Below are positions 26,577-39,170 of a stretch of DNA of 64,000 nt, piece by piece. Every line of letters begins with the position of its first letter. Within the stretch, counting starts at the first letter, position 1. The stretch spans positions 26,910,001-26,974,000 of the forward strand of contig NW_024704743.1 in NCBI RefSeq assembly GCF_018977255.1. Reading direction: 5' to 3'. The position numbers were made by a program, and so were the translations under genes. Below the pieces are notes generated by a model, which had not been told where the DNA came from, ran no database searches, and saw only the letters and a program-made list of their open reading frames with translations. The stretch is from Callorhinchus milii (Eukaryota).

Positions 26577-29384
26577 GTGGGAACCTTTGGCTGATTCTCT
26601 TTCACCCTCCCTGGATCAGGAATACTGAGACCAAACTTTACCCTCCAATAAATGCCCCGGCATAGATTATTTAAATTAGCACAGACCAGGGATCACAAAT
26701 GGGACTTTTTGATATATACCATAAATTCATTAAGGACATTTTTTTCATTACAATCAGATCAGCAATGTTCTACAATCTGACCACGAAAAGTCAAGTTCAC
26801 CTGGAGCTGTCATGCCAACATCCACATGATGTTCATGGTAGCATAGGTGGCTTGAACACTGCTGTGGTGTAATTTTCTGTGTCGCAACCCAACGTCGAAT
26901 GATGTAACGTATTCCAGCTCCAAGTGGACTTGCAGCCACAAACCAAACTGCCCTGCCAAGCTCATGATTGACATAAATGAATTCAATTCAGTCCCTTAAT
27001 TTCATTGTCAGTGTTTCAGATATGATTTTAATTAGAATTGGAGACAGTTAATCAATAGCTCAGGTGGGAAACTCTCCAGTTTAAGAGTCATTTTCCACTG
27101 GGCCCTTTCCTCGACAGCTGAAGCCCTTGACTGAATATTAAGTGTGAGGTTATGGTACCAAATTACAACTTTGTCTTTTTCCCAGCAACTCTGTACACTA
27201 TAGGGGGCGCTCCCAGTCTACTTACTTTTTAATGCATTGAATCCTAAGGATTTTTTGTATGAATTTACATGCAGCTTTGTAACTGAGCCATCAGTCTTTA
27301 CTCCAGCCTCTTGCATTATCTCTCTCTCGCTTTTTTTGTGAATATGTATATATGTGTGTGTTTCAAAAGTCCCACGCATGCGTAAAACTTATTACTTTAT
27401 TATGTAAATTTTATGACCCTGTCATAAATTCCTTGTACACGCAGAATAAAAAGATGGCAATCCTGTTTTTATACATGTAAAAGCTACTGTATAAGCAATA
27501 CTTATAGAGCTAATGCTGCGACATAATAGCATCAGGAAACTGAGATAGCAGTGAAAACTTGTGAATTTCTAGCGAAAAAGAAATTCTGTCTGCAAGAAGG
27601 TGAAGTAAGAATATACTGGATGGGCTGGAAAAATGGAGGGGACAGCTAAGATCTGAAGATGATGAAGTTGATGTTTTAGTCCTCAGGCCTGAACATAAGT
27701 AACACAAAGATGCTCTTGAATTTGTGATTGGTTTTGCTGGAACACTGCAGGTGGCCAATGCTGGAGAGGATCAGTGTCAGAGTCTGAGTGTGAAGAGTGA
27801 CAGGGAAGTCATATTATGCTGATCGTTTTTTTATTATTTTACTTACAGATGGTCATCAACCAATCTGTGTTTGTTTACTCCATGAGCTTGTGTGATGTAT
27901 CTAAAATATATTACATAACTATTAATACTAAAGATTATTTAGCAACTGATTAAAATTAGCTTCAACCTAGATTTTGTAGAATGCATATGAGCAATGTTGA
28001 AACAGGGCAATCCTTTATTTCAACCTCATATGTCCCCTCATACTTTGCCATTCTCTTGATAACTTTACTTTTAGTATATTCCAAAGCCTTACTCTTCTAT
28101 AAGAAAAAGATTACCATATATTAGCATAATCAATAGGCAGCACTGACATTTATGTATTTGCAATAACGATCGTTTCCCGTTTCAAGGTCTGCAATCATGT
28201 TTTAATCGTGCTTTGATAATAAAACTGTAGTACATGTGCTGTATCCCCATATGTATCATAAGGGAAAGATACTGCTTTATTAAGCATTTATAGCACTGGG
28301 TCTGAATTCCCAGGCTGACAAATGAGATAATAACTGTTATGAAAGACTTCTCGACGACTGGAAAACAAGATGAATAAATAAGAGCATGTTGCATTTATGA
28401 GTTGGGCTGATTCGTGTTTGGTTGTGTTCCCTATTCAATTCTGCGGCACTGCCTCCTGTTAAATGCAAGTCTGTTCAAAGATTAAAAACAGCTGTTTATT
28501 TCAGATCTAATGTGACTATATAGCACAACCTTATTCAATCTGGTCAAGCAATGCTCCTAAGGGCTTGTGGTCTCAAATGGAGAAATGTGAGGGTGAACGC
28601 ACAAGTTAAGTTTAACTACTTTACTCAGACTGTTGTTAACATGGAAACAGTTGGCGTAGGGAGGCAGTGGAAATGTGTGAGGTTTCAAGATATAATTGGA
28701 TAAATTTTTGACATGGAAGCAATATGAGATAGAAAGATATAATACAATATGAGATAGAAAGAGATAGTATTTCAAACGGGAACTGGTCCGATGGACTGTA
28801 GAGGTCTTTATCCAGGCCTGCACAATCATATTATCTTACACTGCATCTCACATGCTAGAATATAAAATAAAAGGTTAAATCAGGTACACCCTGCCTCAAA
28901 TTGAAACAGGAAGTCAGTTTGTCAGGCAATGACAAGTAAATGCCAACATCAACCAACAACAAATAATTTATACAGCGCCTTTCATGTTGGGCAGGAAGTG
29001 TCAAAGTTCTACCTATCTCAAAGTTCATCTGTGGATGTTCAGGTCCTATCACACAGTTGTTCTGTGGATATTCAAGTCCTATCAGAATATTGTGCAATGG
29101 TGTTTTCCAATATAAAGATTGTTTCTATAATTCATCGTTTTACACTAACCCACCTATATTGGTAAAACAACAAAATCCCAAGTAGTTGCTGGAAATAAAT
29201 GGAATGTTTGTTATTTTTTAACGATTGATATATTCTAGACCCCAATATGTACATTTTGATTTTACTTTCACAAAGAAATATCAAGTGAAGAAACAGATGG
29301 TATCAACAGTGGTTTGTGGGTTGTGAGATATAAGCAACGAGTGTCCATTATCCTGTGTTTACAATGGTTCAGTTTAGCCTGACA

Positions 29385-29712
29385 TGACACTGCAATACTG
29401 GGGGAAGAACTGTACTGTCTTTTAGATGAGATGTGAAAGAGAAAAAAAGTTGACAGGTCATGTCAACCTGTTCAGGTGGATAATAAACATCACACAGCAC
29501 TACTCAAAAAGTGTTTCTTGCATTGGCCTGACCAACAATCCCCAAAATAAAATTGTTCATTCACTATTTGTGGGAAATTGTTGTACACATATTGGCTTCC
29601 ATCTTTGCCTACAAAATATGCAGTCACTAAACTGCACAGTAAATCCTATCAAATGCTTCAAGATGTTTTGATGATGTAATAAGGTGCTACATCAAATGCA
29701 AGGATTATTGTA
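29385..29712 (+). mobile_element. Degenerate Deu-domain SINE
   Basis: CTGCAATACTGGGGG..AGATGAGATG..CCTGTTCAGGTGGA followed by the shared SINE tail ending CAAATGCAAGGATTATT. Confidence 0.55.
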
Positions 29713-30079
29713 ATGGTTGAGACAAACAATGTTGATTTGCACTGACTCAAGCCTGTCTTTTACTGCAGATTTGCAGGTGAATTGTTGCCAAAATGTATGG
29801 AGATATGTTTTAATAGAACGCAGAGAGAGGAGAATTTCAGCCTTGTCTGAAATGGATGCAAATCTAGGTTCCACAGATGAAAGGTTAGTTATTTTGTTTT
29901 CTGTTGCACTCAATATATAACAATGCCTCCTTAATAGAAATGGTTTAAAAGAGAAAGAAGGCTTTTTCACAAGGGTCCACAGGGAATTATTTTGCTCTAT
30001 TATTCCCCACCTGATAGAACACACTAAGTTATGAAGACAACTGATCAAACATTTAAATCTTCCTATATATGTATATGTG

Positions 30080-30470
30080 GAGTTTTGTGTTTAGTAGTTG
30101 GAGCACTTGCCTTGCAAGCAAGAGGACCTTGGTTTGCTTCCTGGGCAGAGCAAAATGTTGGGCAAGTTTCCATACTCCATATGTCTCTGTTTACCTAGCA
30201 GTAAGTAGGATCCCGGTAGTTAGTCATTTGGTGGATCACTTTTCCAGGGGTAATAATCCCTTCAAAACAACAAAATAAATAATAATAATAATTTGGTCAC
30301 GCAATCCATGACTGTTTGTGGGACGCTGCTGTGCGCAATTGGCTACCACATTTCACGCACAAAATATACAGTTAATTCGCTTTACAGTGTGTTCTGTGAA
30401 GTGCTTAGAGATATCTAGAAGATGTAATTAGGCGCTATACCAAATACAAGGATTATTTTATTATTATATA
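30080..30470 (+). mobile_element. tRNA-Ala-derived SINE, long variant
   Basis: GCACTTGCCTTGCAAGCAAGAG head, CTCTGTTTACCTAGCAGTAAGTAGG insert, shared body and tail. Confidence 0.85.
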
Positions 30471-31003
30471 TTACTGTACATAGAGACTTAAATCAGAAAT
30501 AAAATCTAAAAGTAGTTCTATCCGAAATCCCACATTTCCATATGTAAAAATATCTTTAGTTGTAAAAATATAGTATGCAGGAACACCCAGCAGAGTTGCT
30601 ATTTTCCAGGGTCAGGTGGCTCTGAATGGGCTGCCAGGCTGGATCTGAGTATTGCCTCCATTAATGAACCGAATTATTAGGGTCACCAAGCTTCTCTGCA
30701 TCAACAAAAACAATCCACATTTATATTCATTCCATGCCTTTGGGAGGACATCCCAAAAGTACTTAACAGCTGATAAATGCAGCTGGCTCCAAACCCGATC
30801 AATACAGAAATTGTGCTGGATTATTCTATTGAGCTTTGGAAACAGAAATTAATTTGATGGAACTCTGAATAACTGAGAACTGTGAATCTGATGAACAGTC
30901 GTGGACCCGAAACATTGATTCATTTTCCTATCTTCATAGATGCTGCCTGACCTGTTGAGTGTTCCCAGAGACTTCTGAGTAATAGGTACTGGATTGAGGC
31001 AAC

Positions 31004-31330
31004 AATAATAATAATAAATAATAATCCTTGCATTTGATATAGCGCTTTTCACGTCAGGAGGACGTCCCAAAGCGCTTCACAGAACACACTGTAAAGTGAA
31101 TTGACTGTATATTTGTGGGCGAACGCGGCAGCCAATTGCGCACAGCAATGTCCCAGTCGTAGATTGAAAATGACCAATTTAATTATTGTTTTTGGTTTTT
31201 TGGAGGGATTATTATTAGGCTCTGTGTGGAATAAGGAAACTTGCCCAAGGTTTCGCCCTCTGCCTGGAATTGAACTCAGGTCTCTCACTTGCAAAGCGAG
31301 TGCTCTAACCACTGAGCTACAGGACTCCAC
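31004..31330 (-). mobile_element. tRNA-Ala-derived SINE, short variant (young)
   Basis: Full length and nearly identical to 63775-64000. The tail hairpin loop is L2-like (ACGTC-CTCCT-GACGT). Confidence 0.92.
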
Positions 31331-31929
31331 AATAATAACAAAGCAAATTGCATTTATATAGCGTCTTTCACTTCGGAAGGCACACTGAAAGCTGCATGCC
31401 ACACTTAACATGCTGAGAAATAAGGGCACAAGAAATGCATAATGCACAGTAGACAAACTAATTGAGAATACTCTGTTCATAGGCACAATTCCCAACTTGG
31501 AACTTCAGATTGAGTTTGGCACTGTGCACTCAGTATCAAAATGAGCGTGGAAACAATAATTTGGAAACAGAAACAGCATGTGAGCATTCAGCTTTGAAAA
31601 ACAGTTCATGGAGGGAGATCAGAATGCCAGTAAAGGTGTTTAATTATTTAATTATAGCCAGTGGCAGGTTAAGTAACTAGGAAATTGGATGGCTTGACAG
31701 CTTGTTTTGAGAACTTGAATTTCTATTGGGTCATTAGCTTCAGTGATTCTGTGCATTCCAGGTCAGCCTGGTGATGGCTAAAGAGGGAAAGAGGAGACCG
31801 GTGAAACTGAAGAATTCATGTACAACATTTACAGAGATCCGATACGATTAACAGTCAAGGGAAATGTGCGGACTGACATTTGAAGCAGTTAATCAGGATT
31901 CAATTAGGAGTTTTAAACGAGAGGTGGAT

Positions 31930-32450
31930 AAATAATAATAATTCTTGCATTTGATATAGCGCCTTATCGTGTCTTCTAGACGTCTCAAAGTACTTCACAG
32001 AATATACTGTAAAGTGAATTGACTGTATATTTGTGAGTGAAACGTGGCAGTCAATTACGCACAGCAGTGTCCCATGGACAGTCGTCGATTGAAGTGACCA
32101 ATTTTGTTTTTGTTTTCTTGAGGGATTATTATATCTAATAATAATAATAATCCTTATATTTGATAGAGCACCTTTCACATCAGGAGCACATCTCAAAGAG
32201 CGTCACATAAAAGTGACTTTCAAGATAAAAGTGACTGTGTTTTGCAGGGGAAAACAGCAGCTAGTTTGCACACAGAAATGTCCCATAAACAGCCGTGAAG
32301 TGAATGACCAAATTTATCTGGGTGATTGTTGGCCAGCAAAGTTCTTATTAATAATAATAAGCAGAATCCTTGCATTTGCTATAGTACCTTTCACATCAGG
32401 ACATCCCAAAGTGCTTCACAGTATATAATATAAAGTACAGTGACTGTATG
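31930..32450 (-). mobile_element. Three consecutive 5'-truncated SINE tails
   Basis: The (AAT)n-CCTTGCATTTGATATAG-type tail starts three times, at about 31932, 32138 and 32350. Confidence 0.8.
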
Positions 32451-33148
32451 AACAAATGAGATTCCAAATTAAGACTGAATTTAAGAATGAACATAGAAAT
32501 ACTAGATGAAAGAAGACTAAGGTCCATTCAGTTCCGCTTCCACCATCCTGGCAGTCGCATGCATGTGTCATGTCCCAAACTATATTACTGTATCCCACAA
32601 TTTTTCACAATTTTATCTTATTTTTAAAACAAAATTGGTCCTCAGGGGAGAACAAGATGGAATTGTGGGTCTCACATGGTTTGCTAATAGGAAATTATTA
32701 TTCGGACTCAAAAGTAAAGCTCCCCTTTTTGTAAATCATCCAATTTATATACCGGGAGGGAAAGGGGAAAATATATGCATGACATATGCATGACTAAAAT
32801 TTTCCAATAAGCTAAATTTGCAATCTTTTTACCCAGCGGGTGGGCATTAAAGATCCCATAACATTATTTAAGATAGAATTGAGTACCTCCTAGTTTTCTG
32901 ACCAACAAACCTCCAGATTACTTGATCTAAAATTAATGTACAAACATAGCTGTTTGAGGAGATGCTGTTGTATACAAATTTGACACTGTATTTGCCAGTC
33001 AAAGAATTGCTGCACTTAATAAAGAGTGTAAATTATTACTCCTCCCGATGTGAAAGGCGCTATATAAATGTAAATTCGTATTTGAAGCCAAGAAGCACTG
33101 AGATGTTACAATGTGCTGGGGTGCTATAAAAATGCAAGTTCTTTTATT

Positions 33149-34345
33149 ATAGAATAATAGAAATATACAGCACAGAAGGAGGCCATTCAGTCCATTTGAA
33201 AAGAGCTATCCAATTCATTCCCACTCTCCCGCACTCTCCCCATAGCCCTGCAAACTTGTCCTCCCCAAATAATCATCTACTTCTCTCTTAAAAGTTGTTA
33301 TAGCTTCTACAACCCTTTTAGGCAATGCAATCCAAATCCGAACAACTCTCCGTGCAAAACAAAATGTCTCCTTCTGTTTCTTTTAACAACTATTTTAGTT
33401 CGGTGCCCTTGGGTTACCTACCCATCCTCCAGTGGAAATAGTTTCGCCTTGTTCATCCTATTGAATTCTCTCATAATTTTGTAAACTTCTATTAAGTCTC
33501 CTCTTAACCTTTTCTGCTCCAAGGTGAATAATCCTAGCTTCTTTAGCCTCTCCTGATAATTGAAGTCCCTCATTCTTGTTATCATCCTGGTAAATCTTCT
33601 TTGCATCCTCTCCAATGCCTTCACATCCTTCCTAAAATGTTGTGCCCTGAGCTGAACACAGTACTTTAGCTGAGGCCTAACCAATGTTTCATAAAGGTTC
33701 ATCATAACTTCTTGACCTTTGTATTCTATGCCCCTATTTATAAAGCCTGGTATCCTGCATGCTTTTCTAACAGCCTTATCCACCTGTTCTGCCACCTTCA
33801 TAGATTTACTTATATGAACCCCCAGTTCTCTCTGTTCCTTCACACCCTTTAAGATTGTACCATCTAGTTTATATTGCCTCTCCTCATTCTTCCTTCCAAA
33901 ATGTATCACTTCGCATTTCTCCAAATTAAACTTCATCTGCCACGTGTCTGCCCATTTTGCCAGTCTATGTCCGTTTGCAGTCTGCTACTCTTCTCCTCAC
34001 TGTCTACAACTTTTTCTAGCTTAGTATCATCTGCAAACTTGGAAATTGTACTTCCTATACGCAAGTCCATGTCATTTATATAGATCAAAAACAGCAGTGG
34101 CCCCAATACTGACCCCTGGGGGACACCACTGCATACTTTCCTCCAGTCAGAAAAACAACCGTTCACCACCTTTCTGTCTCCCAGCAAGTTCTGTATCCAT
34201 GCTCCTACTTTCCCTTTAATACTGTGGACTTCTATTTTGTTTACAAGTCTCGTATGTGGCACTTTATCAAATGCCTTTTGAAAATCCATATAAACTACAT
34301 CAACTGCAACTACCTTCATCCACCCTCTCCGTTACTTCATCAAAA
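33149..34345 (-). mobile_element. CR1 LINE, 5'-truncated, with RT domain
   Basis: ORFs contain [62 protein letters not shown] and RLRGDLIEVYKIM. A CR1 tail lies at about 33149-33200. Confidence 0.95.
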
Positions 34346-36454
34346 GTATTTCTTTTAACTTTCTTTTTATTTTTTACCTCTTTCACTAGGAGACTTTCTG
34401 ATCGTAAAGATTGAATATTAAAAGAGCAGGATGTCCAAGCAAACATTTTTAGAAAACCCGGGTTCCTGCTTCTGTTGATCACTATTCTGGGATCACTATG
34501 ATTGTGCATGTGTGGGTGGCTGTTGTTGTTGTTGTTGGGTGTAACCTGAGAGATGATAGAATTGATCTCACATACAAGTATTTGGATGAGGTACCAGAGA
34601 GTGCCCAGTGTCTGTGGTGCAATAATGTATTAGGGGAATAAGAGAGTTAAAATGCCTTCCAGAGAGGAGGAAAAAAGGCACAAATTGAAAGAAGGTAGAA
34701 AAATTGCCAGGGCAAACAAAACAGATCTACTTTGGTCATCACATGTGTATTACAAGATCACATGGCAAAGAAGTATCATCAATATTGTCTTTCATAGAAT
34801 GGCAGGGACTCATTCCCTCATTCAAAATTCACAAAAACACACAAAAAGAATTGATCATTCGCCTCATTGCTTTTTGTCAAGCAATCACAATGTGTTTACT
34901 TACATAAGAATAATGACTTCACTCCTTTTTAAATATGTATATCTTTAATGTACTGTCACCTTCCCACCTCCTGTTCGGGTGCAAATCCAGCATAGCCAAG
35001 CACTTTAAGAAATCTTCCTGACATGAAAAACACATGAAAATGTAAATTGTAATACTTTGTGGAAAGTGCTTTTCGGCTGAATATTTCTTGGATTTAATAA
35101 ATTACTCGCATTTTGAAATGTCACAAAGTATTTCACAGATAATTGTTGTCAAGTTTAGTGACTGTGCATTTTGCTATGTTTAGTGCAATCAAATAATAAG
35201 GAAATTATTATTAACAGCTAGAATAATGCATTTTTTCAAGCAGGTGTGGATGGCATTAGTTTTAAATCGAATTTTGGAGATTTGGCCTTTTGCTTTCTTA
35301 ATAATAATAATGATAATATTTCATGCATTTTATATAGTGCCTCATCACATCTTTTAGATGTCTCAAAGTACTTCACAGGATTTACTCTAGAGTATGGTGA
35401 AAGCGAATGTGGCAATCAATTTGCATGCAGCAATGTCCCAAAACAGCAATGAAATGAATGACTAATTTGTATCTGAGGGATTGTTGCCCAGCATACTACG
35501 AGATACTATCTTCTATTTTTGATGATGCCTTTAACAAAGAACAGTTTATTACTAGTCTTCACCAATTATTCCTAATGATGCTAATTAATATTAATGAAAA
35601 TCAGTATTAATTAGTACTAATTATTGATTTTTTTTATCTTCCTTTATCCATTTAAGAGATACAAAATGTAGCTAAAGTAAGAGGAGTCTCTTTTTTGCTC
35701 AGGCTCAGCTGTTTTTATTTGGATTAATTGAGATGTGATTGACTGCTATCATCAGAGCAACCTTTTTTCCAAGGATACTTAAGCATTTGCACAGTGTGTA
35801 TGACGAATGGCTCTTTTGAGCAATGGAAGGTAACCGGCATTTGTTTACTTAAAAAAAAGTGAAAATGCTACAATCTATTAACAATATTAAAGGGTATGGG
35901 GGGAAAAATGCACGTTTAGGGTAGATTTACTTCAGTGGAGATGGTAGGACCGGCATAGTCTCGATGGATTAATTTCTTTACTGCCTGAAAATGCTGTTGA
36001 TCAGCCTCTGAAAAAGAAACATAATTTAATGTTTCTTCTGCAACTCTTTATTAGAAGTCACATTCATCTCCAGGTTCACTTATAGGTGCTCTACAGGGAA
36101 GTTCATATCATTCAAATAAACACAAAATACAATAAGTTGCATTTATATAGCACCCTTCATGCCAGTAGTGTTCGGAGAGTTTTATTGCAGAGTGGTTTGA
36201 CACCGATCTGGAAAGGGAGGGCAGGTGACTGAAAGCACGGTCGAAGAGAAAAGTCTTCATATATGATTAATTTAATAATAATGATAATTCTTACACAGTG
36301 CTTTATCGGGCCATCGAGATGTCTCAAAGCGCTTCACAGGATATCTTCCCACAAAGTTTAGCAACTGTGTGTTTTGTAGATGACATGTAAATTAACATTC
36401 AGTTTATTCCTGGATTCTTTTATGAAGTAATTTGATGTATTTTTATCATAGACC

Positions 36455-36790
36455 TATAACAACAACAACTTGTATTCTTATACAACAACAACAACAACAA
36501 GATTCCATTTATAGAGCGCCTTTCACGTCGGGAGGACGTCCCAAGACGCTCTATAAATGGAAGGCGCCCTTGACACAGAATAGCTTCTTGGAGCATTTAA
36601 CAAATTAACACTCAGTATATTGGATTAAAGGAGTGGCTGTCACAATGGAATTCATGGGGTTAGATGCTGAGCCAGGAAAATGTGTATGGTCGAAGAGGTG
36701 GGTCTTAAAGTAGGATTAAGAAATAGATAATGAGGGGGCAAAGCAAAGTAATTGAGGTAGCGAGTTCTAGAGGTTATGGGCAGGGTGGTT
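36455..36790 (-). mobile_element. Old L2 3' end with a young L2 tail nested at about 36482-36562
   Basis: Two (AAC)n-led tails in series. The inner one matches the young L2 tail. Confidence 0.75.
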
Positions 36791-38046
36791 GACTGCACAA
36801 CATAAACTAAGGGACATTAATGGAGTTGGCAATGGAATTATTTAATAGCAACTCAGTGTTGTTCATGAGGAAACCTGCTGATAGCTGGCAGTACATCATA
36901 GCCAACCTTAGGGCACTCACTCCAAAATTGGTATTAGTGAATTCCATTGTGACAGCAACTTCTTGAATCCTAATGTGATGAGTGTTAATTTGTTTCTTCA
37001 TCTCAAATCTCAGCGTATTTGGGTCCAATGTATGAATAATTTCGATAATTACACTACACCGCATGAACAGATCATTATATTATTTCTTCAGCATATTTCA
37101 CAAAAGGTGAAATACCTAGCACAAGTTACATATCAAATAAGGGCATAAGTTAATGTGTTTCCTAATTTTGTAGTCACTCTTTGAGTAGATGCAGATCGAC
37201 TGTCATTAACTGCTTCTTGTTCTTCCTGTTTCGGCACCACAGTCTTGTGCTTCCTAATGGGACACATGGCTGATATAAGTCTACTGGTCTTCTGGATTTC
37301 TTCCACATTTCACAAGCCCACAGCACCAAGTCTCTGTGCTTTGTACCCTTTGAAGAGACTTGGCTGGTCTACTTGCTGATATCTTAATTCAGATCATGAT
37401 ACATGCTCATGGTGGTTGGTCTGATCTGCAATGGTACCTCAGGCACATTGTAACCTCAGACGGGTCTTGGAGCTATTTCTGGTTACTGTCTGAAGAGCTA
37501 TGATACCTCATCCAATAGTAGATCCTGTTTATGTAATCCCAGGTTTAATATCATTTAACCTGGGATTGCACAAGTTTTTAATATAGTTTTCCCACACCTT
37601 TATTGATTTTACTGTTTACCTCAGTTTTTCATGCCTTACTACTATTTATCTCACCATGTGTCTACTCTAGCCGCTCCACTACTCAACTGGTGTCTCGTAC
37701 ATCACTGCTCACTCTGTCACTCAGTTTATTTACCTTAGCTCTCAATGTTTACATTTGTCTAAACTTGTGTCCCTTTTTTAATTCAATATTTTATTCCTTA
37801 TTCCTTCCATTGACATTTAATCTTTGCCTTTTTAGTTCAGATTTTACTAACACTAACAATCTACACCTTTCAGAACACAACTTCGAAGTTATGAAGGTTA
37901 TCTGTGGACTGTTGTGCTGCACCGAGCAGTGGAGGGACTGCAGAGTTGCCTAAAGGTTGAGTTATCAAGACAATTGACAATCATGAGAAAGATAATTGAA
38001 AAAATCATGTCAAACACACACTCTACAGTTCCTTGCAATCAGTTTA

Positions 38047-38430
38047 CAACAAAAAAACTTACATTTATATCGAGCTCTTCACGTAGGATAAATTCTCGGA
38101 GCACTTAACAATGACAGATTCAGACACCAAACGAAGGATACCTGGGGGATGGTGGGGAAAGGCAGATGATCAAGGGCGCAGTCAAAGAGGTAGGTCTTAA
38201 GGAGGGATTTAAAGACAGATAGAGTGGGAGAGAGACAGAGGGGTAGAGGGAGAGAGTTCCAGAGATTAGGGGCATAGACTCAGAAGACTCAATTGCTGAT
38301 GGTGGCATAGAGAGAGTATTGAATTGCAGCAAGGTCAAGTTAATTAAGAGGAGGGGACTTGCAGAGTGAGGTAGGAGAAGATCAGACAGATAGGGAGTTG
38401 GTGGGTCATGAAGGGATTTATAATTTAGTG
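38047..38430 (-). mobile_element. Old L2 3' fragment
   Basis: ACAAC..ACTTACATTTATAT tail, then the antisense of an LKTYLFD-type C-terminus. Confidence 0.65.
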
Positions 38431-38799
38431 GTTGTGTCAGGCAGGGAACAAAGCCTTTGGATTTTGTGAGTAGTTTCTGGTGCTGCTAAGAAGGTAAAAG
38501 CGCCACTGTTACTTTAAGATAAAGGATTTGCATTTTTTTTAAAAAAATCAAGCCTTCCATAAAGCCCAGAGGCAATCTTTACTGCTCTAATGAAATCTGT
38601 TTCTGTCTCATCCAGCGAGCATTCTGCAATTAAGCAACATACCAGATGGAGCTTTGAAGTTTCATTTCACTATAATCATTTCTCGTTTCAGAATATATTT
38701 TATACCCAACCTATTTGTCTATTGGTGCAGCCCATCTATTATGTAAATAAGAAGATTACTTAATGTTGAAGCATATTCTTAGGAAGCTCACGTTTTAAT

Positions 38800-39170
38800 A
38801 CTTTTGTTGCACCTTGTCACATTGAAATGTTTCAAAATGCTTGACAGGTAAATACAATTAGGTTCAGTGACTTTTTGTAGACAAAAAACAATCATTTGTG
38901 ACATCAAGGTGTCACAAACAGCTGTGGAGTGAACAACCAATTATTCTAAAGCATTTTTGACAAGTATGTTTGGGAAAAAATCCTTTATCATTTCAAGTAT
39001 TGTCATGAGATCTTTAATATCTATGCAGAACAGGCAGGCGAGACCTCAGCTTAACGTCTCATCCAAGGGACAGCACCTTTGACAATGCAGCACTTCCCCT
39101 GTTCTGTAGTGGAGTGTCTGTCTTGACTGTGAGCTCAAGTCCTATAATGGAGTTTGAACTTATAACCTTC
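38800..39170 (-). mobile_element. Deu-domain SINE
   Basis: Reverse complement of the Deu core (TTAACGTCTCATCCAAGGGACAGCACC..CAATGCAGCACTTCCC). Confidence 0.7.

Noticed and set aside
26380..26730. Possible ancient tRNA-derived SINE (similar sequence at about 57360-57550)
   Set aside because: The similarity is visible but too degraded to name or delimit without alignment.
29027..29092. Two-copy tandem of about 33 bp (and short ones at 28720-28765 and 62145-62172)
   Set aside because: Ordinary local tandem duplications with no repeat-spacer array, so not CRISPR-like.
29817..31851. Possible plus-strand exons at 29817-29883 (ERRERRISALSEMDANLGSTDE) and 31762-31851 (VSLVMAKEGKRRPVKLKNSCTTFTEIRYD*)
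   Set aside because: No protein family recognised and the phases do not join directly, so I cannot support a second or host gene.
37532..37570. 14-bp imperfect inverted repeat
   Set aside because: Short and isolated, with no TSD or family context.
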